A stretch of 64,000 nucleotides of DNA from Eledone cirrhosa (lineage: Eukaryota): contig OZ024742.1 of the NCBI GenBank assembly GCA_964016885.1, positions 14,632,001 to 14,696,000 on the forward strand, given 5' to 3'. The notes beneath the pieces were generated by a model, which was given only the letters and a program-made list of their open reading frames with translations, had not been told where the DNA came from and did no database searches. Shown piece after piece: positions 51,635 to 64,000 of this stretch. Position numbers and translations under genes: made by a program. How positions within the stretch are numbered: position 1 is the first letter of the stretch; each line of letters starts with the position of its first letter.

Positions 51635-53350
51635 CTATCTCTATCTACTTATCTATCTATCTATCTACCTATCTATCTCACCAGTCTGTTCAGTAGGACT
51701 TTCCGCCCGGGACCTATGGACAACTTCCAGAGGTCCCTGGCCTGGCATCCTACCGAGGACCTCTACCCGTTCGAGATAAGATCTACAGGCACGGACACCC
51801 CAGCAGGGATCCTTCCAAGAGGACGTGTACAAGATGCACGCAGGACATTGAAACAGTCCTGCACGCAATTCTACACTGCCCGGGCATAACCGACCTGTGG
51901 AACTATGCAGAACAACTGCTGTCGCGTATGGGACAAATCCAGTTGACTGCCGAGTCCATAGTAAGGATCAAAGCGCCAGCCTCTTTCAAAAACAAAAGAG
52001 AGGCGGTTTTCCTCTGTACGGTGGCTATGGTGAAAGAAGTTATATGGCGGACGAGGTTGAGAGGACTGAGGACAGATGCCTTTCTCTCCGGACAACAATT
52101 GATTCCCTTCTTTAAGTATCATTTTAGAAGGAGAATCAGAGTGGAGAGAGAGAGGCACTGCACCCCAGTAAATTTACTGAAAGGTGGGTGAATGAAGCGA
52201 AAATGGCCCGAGTGATTGGGCCTTCTCTGATTATAAGCCTGTAGGTTGAGGAAGAGAGCAAAAGGAAGAAGGGAGCACTTGCACAACACGCTCCTGAAGT
52301 TGAGGGTTGTTCTATCGACGGGGTATTAAACAACCCATTTGTGGCGCCTCTCCCCTATTGGGGATTTCGATTGTTATAATTGTTTGTTTCATATTTTTAC
52401 ACGATTGTATGTAAAATGCCCGGCATGTCTTTGTTTTGTCCCCTTTTCTTGTGCGCCCTTGAGGCTAATAAAGAAATATATCTATATTGTATATAGTTTA
52501 TTGTTATCCATTATTATTGTTAAATATAGTGGTGAAGTGGATTGGCAGTATCGGTAGAGAGTCGGACGCCATGCTTTGAAGCATAGAGTTACGTCCCTTT
52601 ACGGACTGAGTTCAAATCCCGCCGAGGTTAACTTTGCCTTTCATCCTTACGGGGTCGATAAAATAAAGTACCAGTAATGTACTGAGTAATTGCTGGCCTT
52701 GTGCCAAATGTAGAAACAACTATTATTGTTAAAGATTTTTATGTAAAAACCCCGCCGTCACATCTTGTAATGTCCCATTTTTGTACGCCCTTGTGGCAAA
52801 TAAAGAAACCTATCTATCTATCTATCTGTCCACACACACTAACATGCACTACCAGACCTATACATACATTATATATGTTTATTTTGATATAGAAAAACCT
52901 GGAATGTGGCTCCAACTCTATTGTTGATTCTGATCTCTGTCATGTAATCGTAAACATACTTAAACATAACCTCCTGTTTACTTTTCATATGACAAACATA
53001 TAGCTTTTCTATTGCCTTCTATTCTTCTTTCATAAATAACATTCTATGTATGTAACTATGTATGTTCTTCTGGTTTTATAATTTCACAAATTTTTGCCAA
53101 TAGAGAGAGAGTCGGTTTCTAACATAGACACAAGACTCTCTCATTGGAATTTACACAATATCAACTAGGTAGATTATGTATCCATGCATGCATGTGTCGA
53201 TATGGATTTTATTGTATGTATGGATGTGTATGTTTTGAGGTGTATGTGTGCATGTGTATATGCTTTGTATCTGTACATGTGTATATGCAGTTATTAGATG
53301 CAACATTTTAGGAATGTTTTACATATTTTTACTGTTCCATTAATGGATTA

Positions 53351-55739
53351 ATCATCATCATCATCATCACCTTTTTACGTCCGTTCTTCCATGCTAGCAT
53401 GGGTTAGACGGGTTGTCCTGTTGTGGGCAGTGTCTGGTCGGCTGATCATGCCTTGCTCATACAGGAACTGATTTGGCTTGATTTCTACAGCTGGATGCCC
53501 TTCCTAACACCAACTTTATTTACAGTGAGTGCTGGGTGCTTTTTTTCCGTGGCGCCTCCACGTCCACTTTACAGTGTGGGCTGGGTGCTTTTTTGCCGTG
53601 GCACCACCTCAACCACTTTGCAGTGGGAGGGTGTGGGGGCATATTGTCTATATGCTTCAGCTTGTACCCATGGGAGGTCGGGTACTCTGTATTACTGCGT
53701 GACTCCAGAGGTCACGGTCGTGTGTCATCGCCTTTGAGAGGTGTAATTGTGTAAGGTCGGCTTTTATCACCTCATCCCAGGTCTTCTTGGGTCTCCCCAC
53801 TCCGCGGTTTCCATTGACTTCTAGTGCTCTGCACCTTTTTATGCAGCTGTCATCCTTCATACGCATCACATGTCCATACCAACGCAACCGCCTCTCCTGC
53901 ACACAGCATTTAATTCCTCTTATGCTCAGTCTCTCTCTCAATTCATTTATGCTTTGCCGTTCGCGTATATTACTATTACACATCCATCGGAGCATGCAGG
54001 CTTCGTTTCTCTCTAATCTACGTAAGTGTTCCACCTTTAGTGCCCAGGTCTCACTACCATGTAACATTGCTGTTCGGATACACGCATCATACAGTCTGCC
54101 TTTCATTTTGAGGGAGAAGCCTTTTGCAGCTAGCAGTGGCAGTAGTTCCCTGAACTTCTTCCATTCCGTTCTTACCCTAGTTATTGTACTTTCTGAACAC
54201 CCACCTCCGCTGCTAATTCGGTCACCTAGGTAGCAGAAGCTGTCTACTGTTTCTACAGAGCCCTCCCAGAGATTGGTGGTACTTGTTTCCTGTGGCTGTT
54301 TGCTGCTTGCTGTCCCAGCACAGCTGCTACATGTGAAGCCTACATTCTTAATTAAGCTTCCTGAGATCCCGCTACATCTCTTGTGTACCCATTGTTTGTA
54401 TTTGGGGCAGAGAATGGAGTTCCTACCTACCCCTTTCCTACATACTGAGCAATGCCATTTCCCTGAGGGGATCTAGGTTCTGTTTTCTCCTCTACTTACA
54501 AGGACCTTAGTCTTTGTCATGTTGACTTTGAGACCCTTTCTTTCTAGTCCAAGTTTGGAATTTCTTCTCTAGTTCTACCATAGATTCAGTTATAAGTGCG
54601 AGGTCATCTGCATACAGGAGTTGCCATGGGCATACGGTCTTAAACTCCTCCGTTATTGACTGCAGGACTATGATGAACAGGAGAGGGCTAAGAACAGAGC
54701 CCTGGTGGACACCAACCTGTACGCTAAATTCCTCGCTATACTCATTGCTAATCCTAACTTTGCTGACTGCTCCCCTATACATGGCTTGTACAGCTTTCAC
54801 AAGCCATTCATCTACTCCTAGTTTTCTAAAAACCCACCAGATTATAGCACGTGGAACTCTGTCAAAGGCTTTCTCGAGATCGACGATTGCCAGGTAGAGT
54901 GGCTTACTTTTAGCTAGTTACTTTTCCTGTAACTGCCTCACAAGGAAGAGGGCATCAGTGGTGCCTCTTCCTGGTACAAACTCAAATTGCATCTCATCTA
55001 GTTTCACTCAGTCCCTAATCAACTGTGCTATAACTCTTTCTGTTACTTTCATGACCTGGTCCATCAGCTTTATACCTCTATAGTTTCCTCTATCTAGTGC
55101 ATCACCTTTACCTTTGTAGCAGTTGACAATGATGCTACTGCACCAATCTTTTGGTATGACACCTTCTAGTATTACCTGGTTAACAATACGTGTGGTTATA
55201 GTGTGACCTACAGAGCCAGATGCCTTCAGCATCTCGGCAGCTATACCCGATGGACCGGTTGCCTTCCCCAGCTTCATATCTTTGATTGCCTTACTTACTA
55301 CGCTGCTGCTGACTTGTACTGCTGGCCCCTCTATAGGGTCTACTTGGGGTAGGGTCTCTTCTTCCCATGCATTCTCCTCATTTAGTAATCTATCATAATG
55401 ACTCTTCCATGCATCTTTCTTCTCAGCACTTGTGAGGGCAAGCTCACCTTTATCATTCCGGATACACTTCTCTCCAATGACATCACAATTCTCACTGACA
55501 CACTGCCTCGCAATCTTGAACACCTCCTGTTTCTGGTCCTCACGTTGCAAAACATGCTTGAATTTTCTATCCTCTGCTTCCCTCCTAGCTAAGTATACTT
55601 GTCGCCTAGCTTCCCTCTTCGTCTCTATGTAATGTACCCTGCTTCCCTCGTTCTTCCATTCTTTCCATGCATGTCTCTTGGCCTTAACTGCCTCATCTAC
55701 CTTAGTGTTCCACCACCAAGTCACTCTCCTCCTGCTTGT
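53351..55739 (-). mobile_element. RTE-clade LINE, second copy
   Basis: Paralog of 21042-23430 with identical ORF translations. Confidence 0.93.
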
Positions 55740-58700
55740 GGTCTTGTACTTGTAATTTCCTAACTAGCTGTGTTCTTTCTGTTTCTGTGAAGCCCAGCTT
55801 CCACCACTGTTTCTGTGAAGCCCAGCTTCTCAAGATTGTATGTATGTATGCATGTATGTATGTATTTATGTATGTATTGATGTATGTCAGGTCACCAGTT
55901 GGTGCTACTGGTAACATGTATCCCAGTACAACCTGTCCCATAGTCGGGTCGTTGGCGACTAAACTGGCAACCCCACCAAGGTTTCTTGGTGAGGAGGGTG
56001 ACTTTGGACATCCTGCAGGACTAAAAACAAAACCTGTCAAAGGGTAAAGGAGCTCTTAAGAGTCAATGGCCATCCAAAATCACCGGGAGAGATGACCCCT
56101 TAGCCTTTGTCAATGCAGAATTCTAGGAGAAGGAAAACTCTGATATAATACCTGCAACCCTGATGGTATCCAATGATGTTGACTTGTTCTTCTTTTTGGT
56201 AAATATCATCTTTGTTAAGAGAGTGGAACTGGCTTTGTGCAGTGCCTTTGCTCACTATAAAAGCTTCACGGCACAGGCATTGCTTTCTATCTGGAGATCT
56301 TTCTGCACTTGGTACCATGGGCCCAGCACTATGTGTCAGTAATTGTCACAAGTGTAGTGTTTGTACCAGAATTTTCAAGTCGCTGGCTGGACTAAAAAGT
56401 TACACTCGTTCAGCGCTTCGGTAGGGGTTCTCCTACATGGATATAAAGTAGTGGCCGTACTCGAGAACGAGTTGGCAGCCAACATGTATGTATGTATGTA
56501 TGTATGTATGTTATGTCAGGTCACTCTTGAGTGCTACTGGTAACATGTAACCCAGTACAATCTGTCACATGGTCGGGTCGTCGGCAACTAAACCGGCAAC
56601 CCCACCAAGTTTACTTGGTGAGGAGGGTGATTTTGGACACCCTGCAGTACAAAAAACAAAACCTGACAAAGGGCGGAAGAACTCATAAGAGTCAACGGCC
56701 ATCCGAAAGTGTGTAAATATGTATATACACATGTACCGCGCGGTTAAACCACTGGGAGTGAAGGACCCCTAGCCTTTGTCAGGGCATTCTTCTAGGAGAA
56801 GGCAACTCAGGAAACTGGGATAACTCCGATATAAAACCTGCGGCTCAGTAGTTACCGATGATGTTGATCTTTTATTCTTTTCGGGTTATAGCTACTGTCG
56901 CTCAGAGAGTGGGATTGGCTCATTGCACAGTCTTTCTTCACTTTAAAAAATATCTTCACGCACAGGCATTGCACGATAGAATTAATTAATAATGGTATAT
57001 CATGCAATGGCCATACTCGAATACGAGGAGGCAGCCATTTTAGATCATTGGCTGGCAAGACATTTTAGATCATTGGCTGGCGAAAAAGCCACATTCGATT
57101 GCAGCACCGTTAATTGTTATTGTGTTTATGTGTGTGTGTTTGTGTGTGTATGTGTATATGTATATATAGATATGTATATGTGTGTGTGTATATATATATA
57201 TATTTTTTTTTATTATTATTATTATTATTATTGTCGTTATGTTTTTTTTTTTCGTTTTTTTTTTCGTGCAATGGCTATACTCGATAACGAGGGGGAAGCC
57301 ATCATGTATGATGTATGTATGTATGATGTATGTATGTATACATGTATGTATGATGTATGTATGTATGATGTATGTATGTATACATGTATGTATGATGTAT
57401 GTATGATGTATGTATACATGTATGTATGATGTATGTATGTATATGTATGTATATATGTATGTATCTCTAGGAGAGATGACCCCTTAGCCTTTGTCAAGGC
57501 AGAATTCTAGGAGAAGGAAAACTCTGATATAGCACCTGCAACCCTGATGGTATCCAATGATGTTGACTTGTTCTTCTTTTTGGTAAATATCATCTTGGTT
57601 AAGAGAGTGGGACTGGCTTTGTGCAGTGCCTTTGCTCACTATAAAAGCTTCACGGCACAGGCATTGCTTTATATCTTGAGATCTCTCTGCACTTGTCGTC
57701 ACATGGTACCATGGGCTCAGCACTATGTGTCAATAATTGTCACAAGTGTAGTGTTTGTACCAGAGTTTTCAAGTCGCTGGCTGGACTAAAAAGTCACACT
57801 CGTTCAGCGCCAATGTAGGGTTTCTCCTACATGGATATAAAGTAGTGGCCGTACTCGAAAACGAGTTGGCAGCCACCATATATGTATGTATATATGCATA
57901 TATGTATGTATATATGCATGTATGCAATGGAGGTAGATGACATACCCATTTAATCATGCCTGGTTTTATATTCTGTAAGAGCAAGGACTGAGCAACTGGC
58001 AAAATTGTGCTCAATGCTCTCAAATTTGTCATCAAAGTCTGCACTGTGTGTCTCCCCCATTGTACAAGACATTAGCTTGAGAGTTTCAAGTGAGGGGACT
58101 CTAATGTTGAACCATTTGGACATATCCTTCTGTTTCAGCTTCCAAACCAGTGTTATACAGCCACTGATGGCTTCTTATCATATCTATCATACATCAGCTG
58201 CCCCAGAACCATTGTTTTAGAGATCTCTACAATGACAGGATCCTATGGAAACCTCAGCCATTACAACCATGACCATCCCTTTGTTTTAGAGATCTCTACA
58301 ACCACAGAATCCTAAGGAGACCTCATTATGTTTGTTACTACAATATATTTAGAATATCAACATGTGTATATTGGGGAAATATGAAATTTGAAATATGTAT
58401 GTCCCATCTAAAATGACCATAATAATAGTTACTTATTATTACTTACTATAATAGTTGAGAATATCAGGTAAAGTACCGCTAGAGAGGATAAAAAAAGGAC
58501 AGTGTCACCTCCAAGGAAACAAATGTCAGATGAAGGTCACTTTACCCAATATTCTAAACTATTATAGTCCATCTCGAGACTGGAGACTCATCAGGCCGGT
58601 ACTTATCCCAGTTTCTGTGACATGAAGCAACTGAGAGTACAACATTCCCCTGGACAGGATACTAGACCATCACAGGGTTAAACTCCCAGTACTCATTTTC

Positions 58701-58958
58701 AGCTGAGTGTACTGGAGCTACGTGAAATGAAGTGTTTTACTCAAGAACACAACACACAACCCAGGAATTGAACCCACAACATTATAATTGTAAGTCCAAC
58801 ACCCTTACCACAAGGCTATGTGCCTCCACTATTCATTTATAATGATTAACTATTATTATGGTCATTTTTGTTGGGACACATATATTTATATTGTTTCCCT
58901 TAATCTTTATTGATAATGTTTTTATTTCTGTTTAGATACAACCATCAAAAAAGTAATC

Positions 58959-59131
58959 ATGTGGTATATTTTATTGTCAATGTTGTTGTTGGCTGGCTCA
59001 GTGGAACTTGGCTCAGTACCAGAGAAAAGATGTTCGCTTGATTTGGGAGCATGTAAAACTGACATTACTTGCCTTAATGATTGGTTTTATTGTAAATGCA
59101 GCCCATTTTCTAAGCCAGAAGGATTTTGTTT
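58959..59131 (+). CDS. First coding exon (exon 58936-59131) of downstream gene copy C
   Basis: Same translation and splice sites as 26652-26824; remaining exons are expected beyond the window. Confidence 0.85.
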
Positions 59132-60263
59132 GTACGTATTCCTATATGAGACATTCTAAGTGAGACCTTTTTCAAAATAACAGAGGGTATATAGCTACAG
59201 AGACACTCTATCTCTCAAACACACACACACACACACACACAGAAACACATAAACACATACAACTTACCCAATAAAACGACCAACTATTGAAGTTGACAGT
59301 TAAAAGGTGAAAGAAGCAATCAAAAAGATGAAGAATGGTAAAGCTATGAGATCGTCAGAGATAGTTGCTGAGATGCTAAAAACATCAATCAGGTGATACA
59401 GGACAGAGTCATACCCAATGACTGGTACAGCAATACAAACTAGTAACCCTACATAGTCAATCAGGTGATACAGGACAGAGTCATACCCAATGACTGGTAC
59501 AGCAGTACAAACTAGTAACCCTACATGTCAATCAGGTAATACAGGACAGTCATACGCAATAACTGGTACAGCAGTACAATCATAAATTGCTACAAGGGTA
59601 ATGCTCTAGACAGGAGCAACTATAGAGGAATAAAACTATTGGACCAAGTTATGGAGGTGACAGAAAGAGTTATAGTGCAACTAATTAGAGACTAAGTTAA
59701 ATTAGGTAGAACTTGGTTTCATGCTGGGAAAAGTACTACAGACACCTTTTTAATGAGGCAACTAGAACTACAAGAGAAGTTCCTAGCCAAGAATAAACCG
59801 CTGTAACAAGCTACTTGCCTTTGGCGTATTTATAAAATATTTGTGTGTAATTTGGCTAAGTCAGGCCAATTGTGAGCCGCGCACGAATATATATTATCAA
59901 CTTCCGCCCAAACAAAGATTTTCCCACTTCTTTCGTATATATTCTCTCTTGCTGCTTGGACTTTGAAAGGAAAGGACATTATTATGTAACGGTGAGATTT
60001 TCACTTTGGCCTGTCGGCCTCCTTGGGGCTGGCACATACCACATTCACTTCTTAACTCTAAATTGTTTGTTCCTTTGTTTGACATGACAACTCAACTTAA
60101 CTCTTTGTAATTAGTTGTGAAAATGTTAACGAAGACTTTACGACCAATTCCACAAACATTCGCTTCTCTCACACTTAACAAACCGTTACCTTAAAACAAA
60201 ACCACCCACTGCTATACTTTAGCCTAACAAAAACCATACCTTTGCTGCTATGACAAAAATACA

Positions 60264-60333
<70 letters not shown>

Positions 60334-60523
60334 GTTGTTCTTTGAGTCTCAGTCATTGATGTTATTTAACTGGAAAGTTTGTTGAAATGAATATCAAGCC
60401 GCTAACTGCAGCCTCAGACATTCAGGACATATCGGAGGGTTCTTGCTGTTCCCAGCAAGCATGCCTTTTGAAGTGTTCCAAAAAGCGGGGCTGGACTAAT
60501 CTTCTTTAACCATCCTTGGAAAC

Positions 60524-60577
<54 letters not shown>

Positions 60578-60578
60578 G

Positions 60579-61167
60579 AATGCCATGGCTGACGGAGGCT
60601 CGGCTCTGTAAGGTATTGTAAATTTTGACCGCTATAACAATTATAAATTGTTTAAAACTTTAACCAAATTGTAGACAAAAGCACCCTCCTCCTCGTGAGA
60701 GGGGTCTTTCTGCCCGTTATTTGGCCCTTCGGGGTTAAATAACCGCTTATTGGGGTTTTGTGCCCAATATTTATTTTAAACAAAAAAAAAAACATGGCCA
60801 CGAAAAAGAATTTTCATAGGTCACTCCCACTCATTCCGTCTTCTTCTTCCTCAATCGTCACTACAGCAGAGAGAAGATTGTCTCTCTCCCTCCCTTCTCT
60901 AAATGTGTCTCTCTCCCTCCCTTCTCTTTCGCAAGCGACGCCAGTCAAGAAAAATCACGTGAAAATCATGGAACATTTCTCCACGACGACGACAATGACG
61001 AAAAAGGTGTGCGGTAAATACGAAAACCCATTTCATTCGTCTGACGTCATGAATAATAGCAGTAGCAGCCGTAATAACAGCAGCAGCAGCAACAGTGACA
61101 AGGAAAACAACAGTAGCAGCCGAAACAGCATCAGCAGCAGCATAAACAACAACAGCATTAGCAGCAA

Positions 61168-61202
<35 letters not shown>

Positions 61203-64000
61203 ACCACAGCAACATCGGCGGCGGCAGTAGTCGTAGTACCTGCAGCAACAACAAAACTAACAGTAGCTCTGACGACAACAACAACAACAACAGCAGCAAA
61301 GAAAAACCAATCTCGTTTGCAGGTATCGCAAAGAACCTGGAAACCATCCTCATAACAAATGAGGAATTACAGGAAGCGAAGAAGATGGTGACGAAAGCCG
61401 GACACCGAGCAATCTGCAAGGCAGCCGAAAATTTTTTCGAAACCCAACAGCACTGTACGGTCACGTACCGTACAGTAAGCACAAAATCCCGTAGGGTTGA
61501 AAGAGCCACAGAGGCTCAAATACAAAAAGCCTTAGGATCTGTGTGGCAGCGGAAAACGCATATCACCCAAGGCAAGAAATATGCCACCGTAGACGTGCTT
61601 TTTGCCACACCCCAGGAGGCAAAGGCTCAATCCTTAGTGACCATAAGGAGCGAGGAAATGGTGTTGGTGCCCTCCTACTGCGGGCAAAAAATTGTGTGGG
61701 TCAAACTGACTCACGCCCCCCCCCCCCCGGGATGGCCCCTTCTTGGCTGGCCGCGTCTGTCCTCGTCGGAATCGAGAACAAAACAACTGTACTGCAAGTA
61801 CAGAAAAAAGTAAAAGAAGATTGGGTCGGCACCTCCATTGAGATGTTAATCCAAACCAACCAGGAGTGCATCGAAGCTATCCCGGATGTGATAGACTTCG
61901 ATAACGGCACTCAACTGCCCATAAGTGTTGAGGGCAAACGCCCGAAATGCTTTCGCTGTGGATTGAAGACTCACCTCAGGGCCTTCTGCAACGAGAAGAC
62001 CCTGAGAAAGGAGAAAACCCCCCTCCTTCCGAAACCGGCTCCACGGCTACCAGCAACAGGACAAGCGGCAACCATGAACGATAGGTCCGTGGCACCCATA
62101 CCCACGCCACGGAAATCAAGAACAGCAGCAGCAGTGGAAGTATTAACAACAACAACAGTAATACCAAATGCAGCTGCAACAGAGACTCCGCTGCAAACAT
62201 CACCAACAACAACAAGTGAAAGAGTGGAGCTGGTACCCCTCCCCGACCTCACAGTATCAGACATGGAGTGTGAGGTGGGAGAGGGATGGCAAAAGGTCGA
62301 AAGAAGGCACAAACGCAGAAGCAGCGCATCGTCGCCTTCGAAAAGGGAGGAAAGAAATGAAAAAAGGGTAAAGGCTACTGCAAAGAGACTCACAGCAGCA
62401 GCACCCACACTAGCACCACCATCACCACCGGCGACAACCCAACCGCCAACAACAACAACACCTTCAACACCACCACCACAAGCACCAACATCGCAAACAC
62501 AACAAAACACACACACCCTGCAACAACGACAAGAAAATAGCAGAACCACACCCCACCCCCAGAAAAACAAATGCACGGCAATAAATACACACAACAATAA
62601 ACTAATGACTTACATAATTGAACACAGACATTTCACAGCACGACTACATAATACCAGCACCAATCAAAACGCCAACGAACATAAGACTGGTAAAAATAGC
62701 ACAGAAACAATACACAAACATTAAAACGAAATTCCCCAACGCAGTTGGTGATTTCAGAGACCTAGGAGGGACTCTCAACCGTAGAGTATATTCGGACATA
62801 CTCATAGAAGAGCCGACGACCAGCCGAAGGGACGATTCAACGGTCCCTTCACCAGACGATCAAGTGAAAAGGGATGGAGAAACCATCCTTCCTCTACGAA
62901 AAGTACGGTAAGTGGTCTTTCCCATCTTTTCCACTCCATTTTAAACATGACCTCACTCAGAATAGGCAGCATAAATGCGCGTGGCTTGGGGTCGTCATGG
63001 AAGCAGGGTCACCTGCTCAACGACCTCAGGTCACTAAACATAGATGTAGTGGCCATCAGCGAGACCAGAATCTCCGAAGCACGGGCCTTCGGACCGATCC
63101 TCGGTGGCTACGATGTGTACGCATCTCCCAGCCGTCCTGGATCGGGGGATGGAGTTGCTGTGCTTTTTCGGAGAGGTTTGGATCTCGCCATACGGGCCAT
63201 CTTCCTGGACCCAGAGGGTAAGTTGGTGGTGCTGGACGTGACCAGCGGAGACGGGCAAGCTTTCAGGCTAGTGGCCGTCTATACCCCTACAGGAGCAGGG
63301 CGGCCTGATTTCTTCCGGCGTCTGGAGACCTTTCTTGGAACGTCCCGCTATTTAGTGTTAGTGGGCGACTGGAACGGGATCTTAGATGCACGCTGGGGCT
63401 GTGTGGGATTAGCGGTTAGGGGTGGAGGGTGCAAGAGCCTCACCAACCTGCTCAGGCGTTTTGAACTGTCTTACAGGTACCGATTGGATTTCCCGAATGT
63501 GCCAATGTGGACTTGGACAAATCGCATAGGGTCATCCAGATCATATCTAGATAGAGTATTTTGTAAGGAAATAGATAGGTCTAGCATAGGCTGTCCACAA
63601 TTCAAGATAGTCAGCTACACGGACCACAAATTCGTGATCTGTGTGCTTGACTTAGATAGGCTTCATAGACGAGGACTCGGCTACTGGAAGCTAAACGCGT
63701 TTCTCAATAGAGAAAATAGAGCAGAGGGAGAACTAGTTAGAAAATTAGACGAGGCGCTTAGCAAAGGCATCGCGACCGACGTACTTGCGGCGAAATTGGC
63801 CCTTGACCAATTCTTCAATGCAAAGCACGAAGGCTGCGTTGTCAGTGCTAGGGTGCGTGCTCAGACACGAGGGGACGAAAGCCGTTCAATGGGCCCGAGT
63901 GGCGGAGGCGCGTCGTGGCAACAAAGCCACGATCCGATCTTTGGTCGACCACGACGGGCGCATGCTACTCGATCCCGGGCAAATGTGTTAAGCTTTTCAG
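60579..64000 (+). mobile_element. 5' part of the same L1/Tx1 element in the downstream unit
   Basis: Matches 28275-31704; the poly-C tract is 13 nt here. Confidence 0.93.

Overview
AT-rich, microsatellite- and transposon-saturated animal genomic DNA. The SINE/LINE repertoire suggests a mollusc, probably an octopod cephalopod (inference only). The window is two near-identical head-to-tail copies of a ~32 kb unit: position 1 matches 31909, and the offset drifts from 31908 to ~32300. Nearly all of the unit is decayed mobile DNA: an L1/Tx1-clade LINE, RTE LINEs, R4/Dong-like restriction-like-endonuclease LINEs, a mariner, a DD37D/maT transposon, tRNA-derived SINEs, MITE-like hairpins and unclassified repeats. 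The only host gene I can support is a small spliced gene that the ORF track only partly shows. Exons 26629-26824, 39617-39659 and 41554-~41720 join in frame to give a 73-aa secreted precursor: MWYILLSMLLLAGSVELG-SVPEKR-CSLDLGACKTDITCLNDWFYCKCSPFSKPEGFCLSSTLILGRQPTCCQI. It has a signal peptide, a KR site and 8 Cys in a beta-defensin-like but non-standard spacing. Partial copies on both sides (7306-9440 and 58936-59131) imply at least three tandem gene copies, with one Arg/Ser difference in the mature peptide. The gene model is read from splice signals and phase only; no expression or homology data were available.
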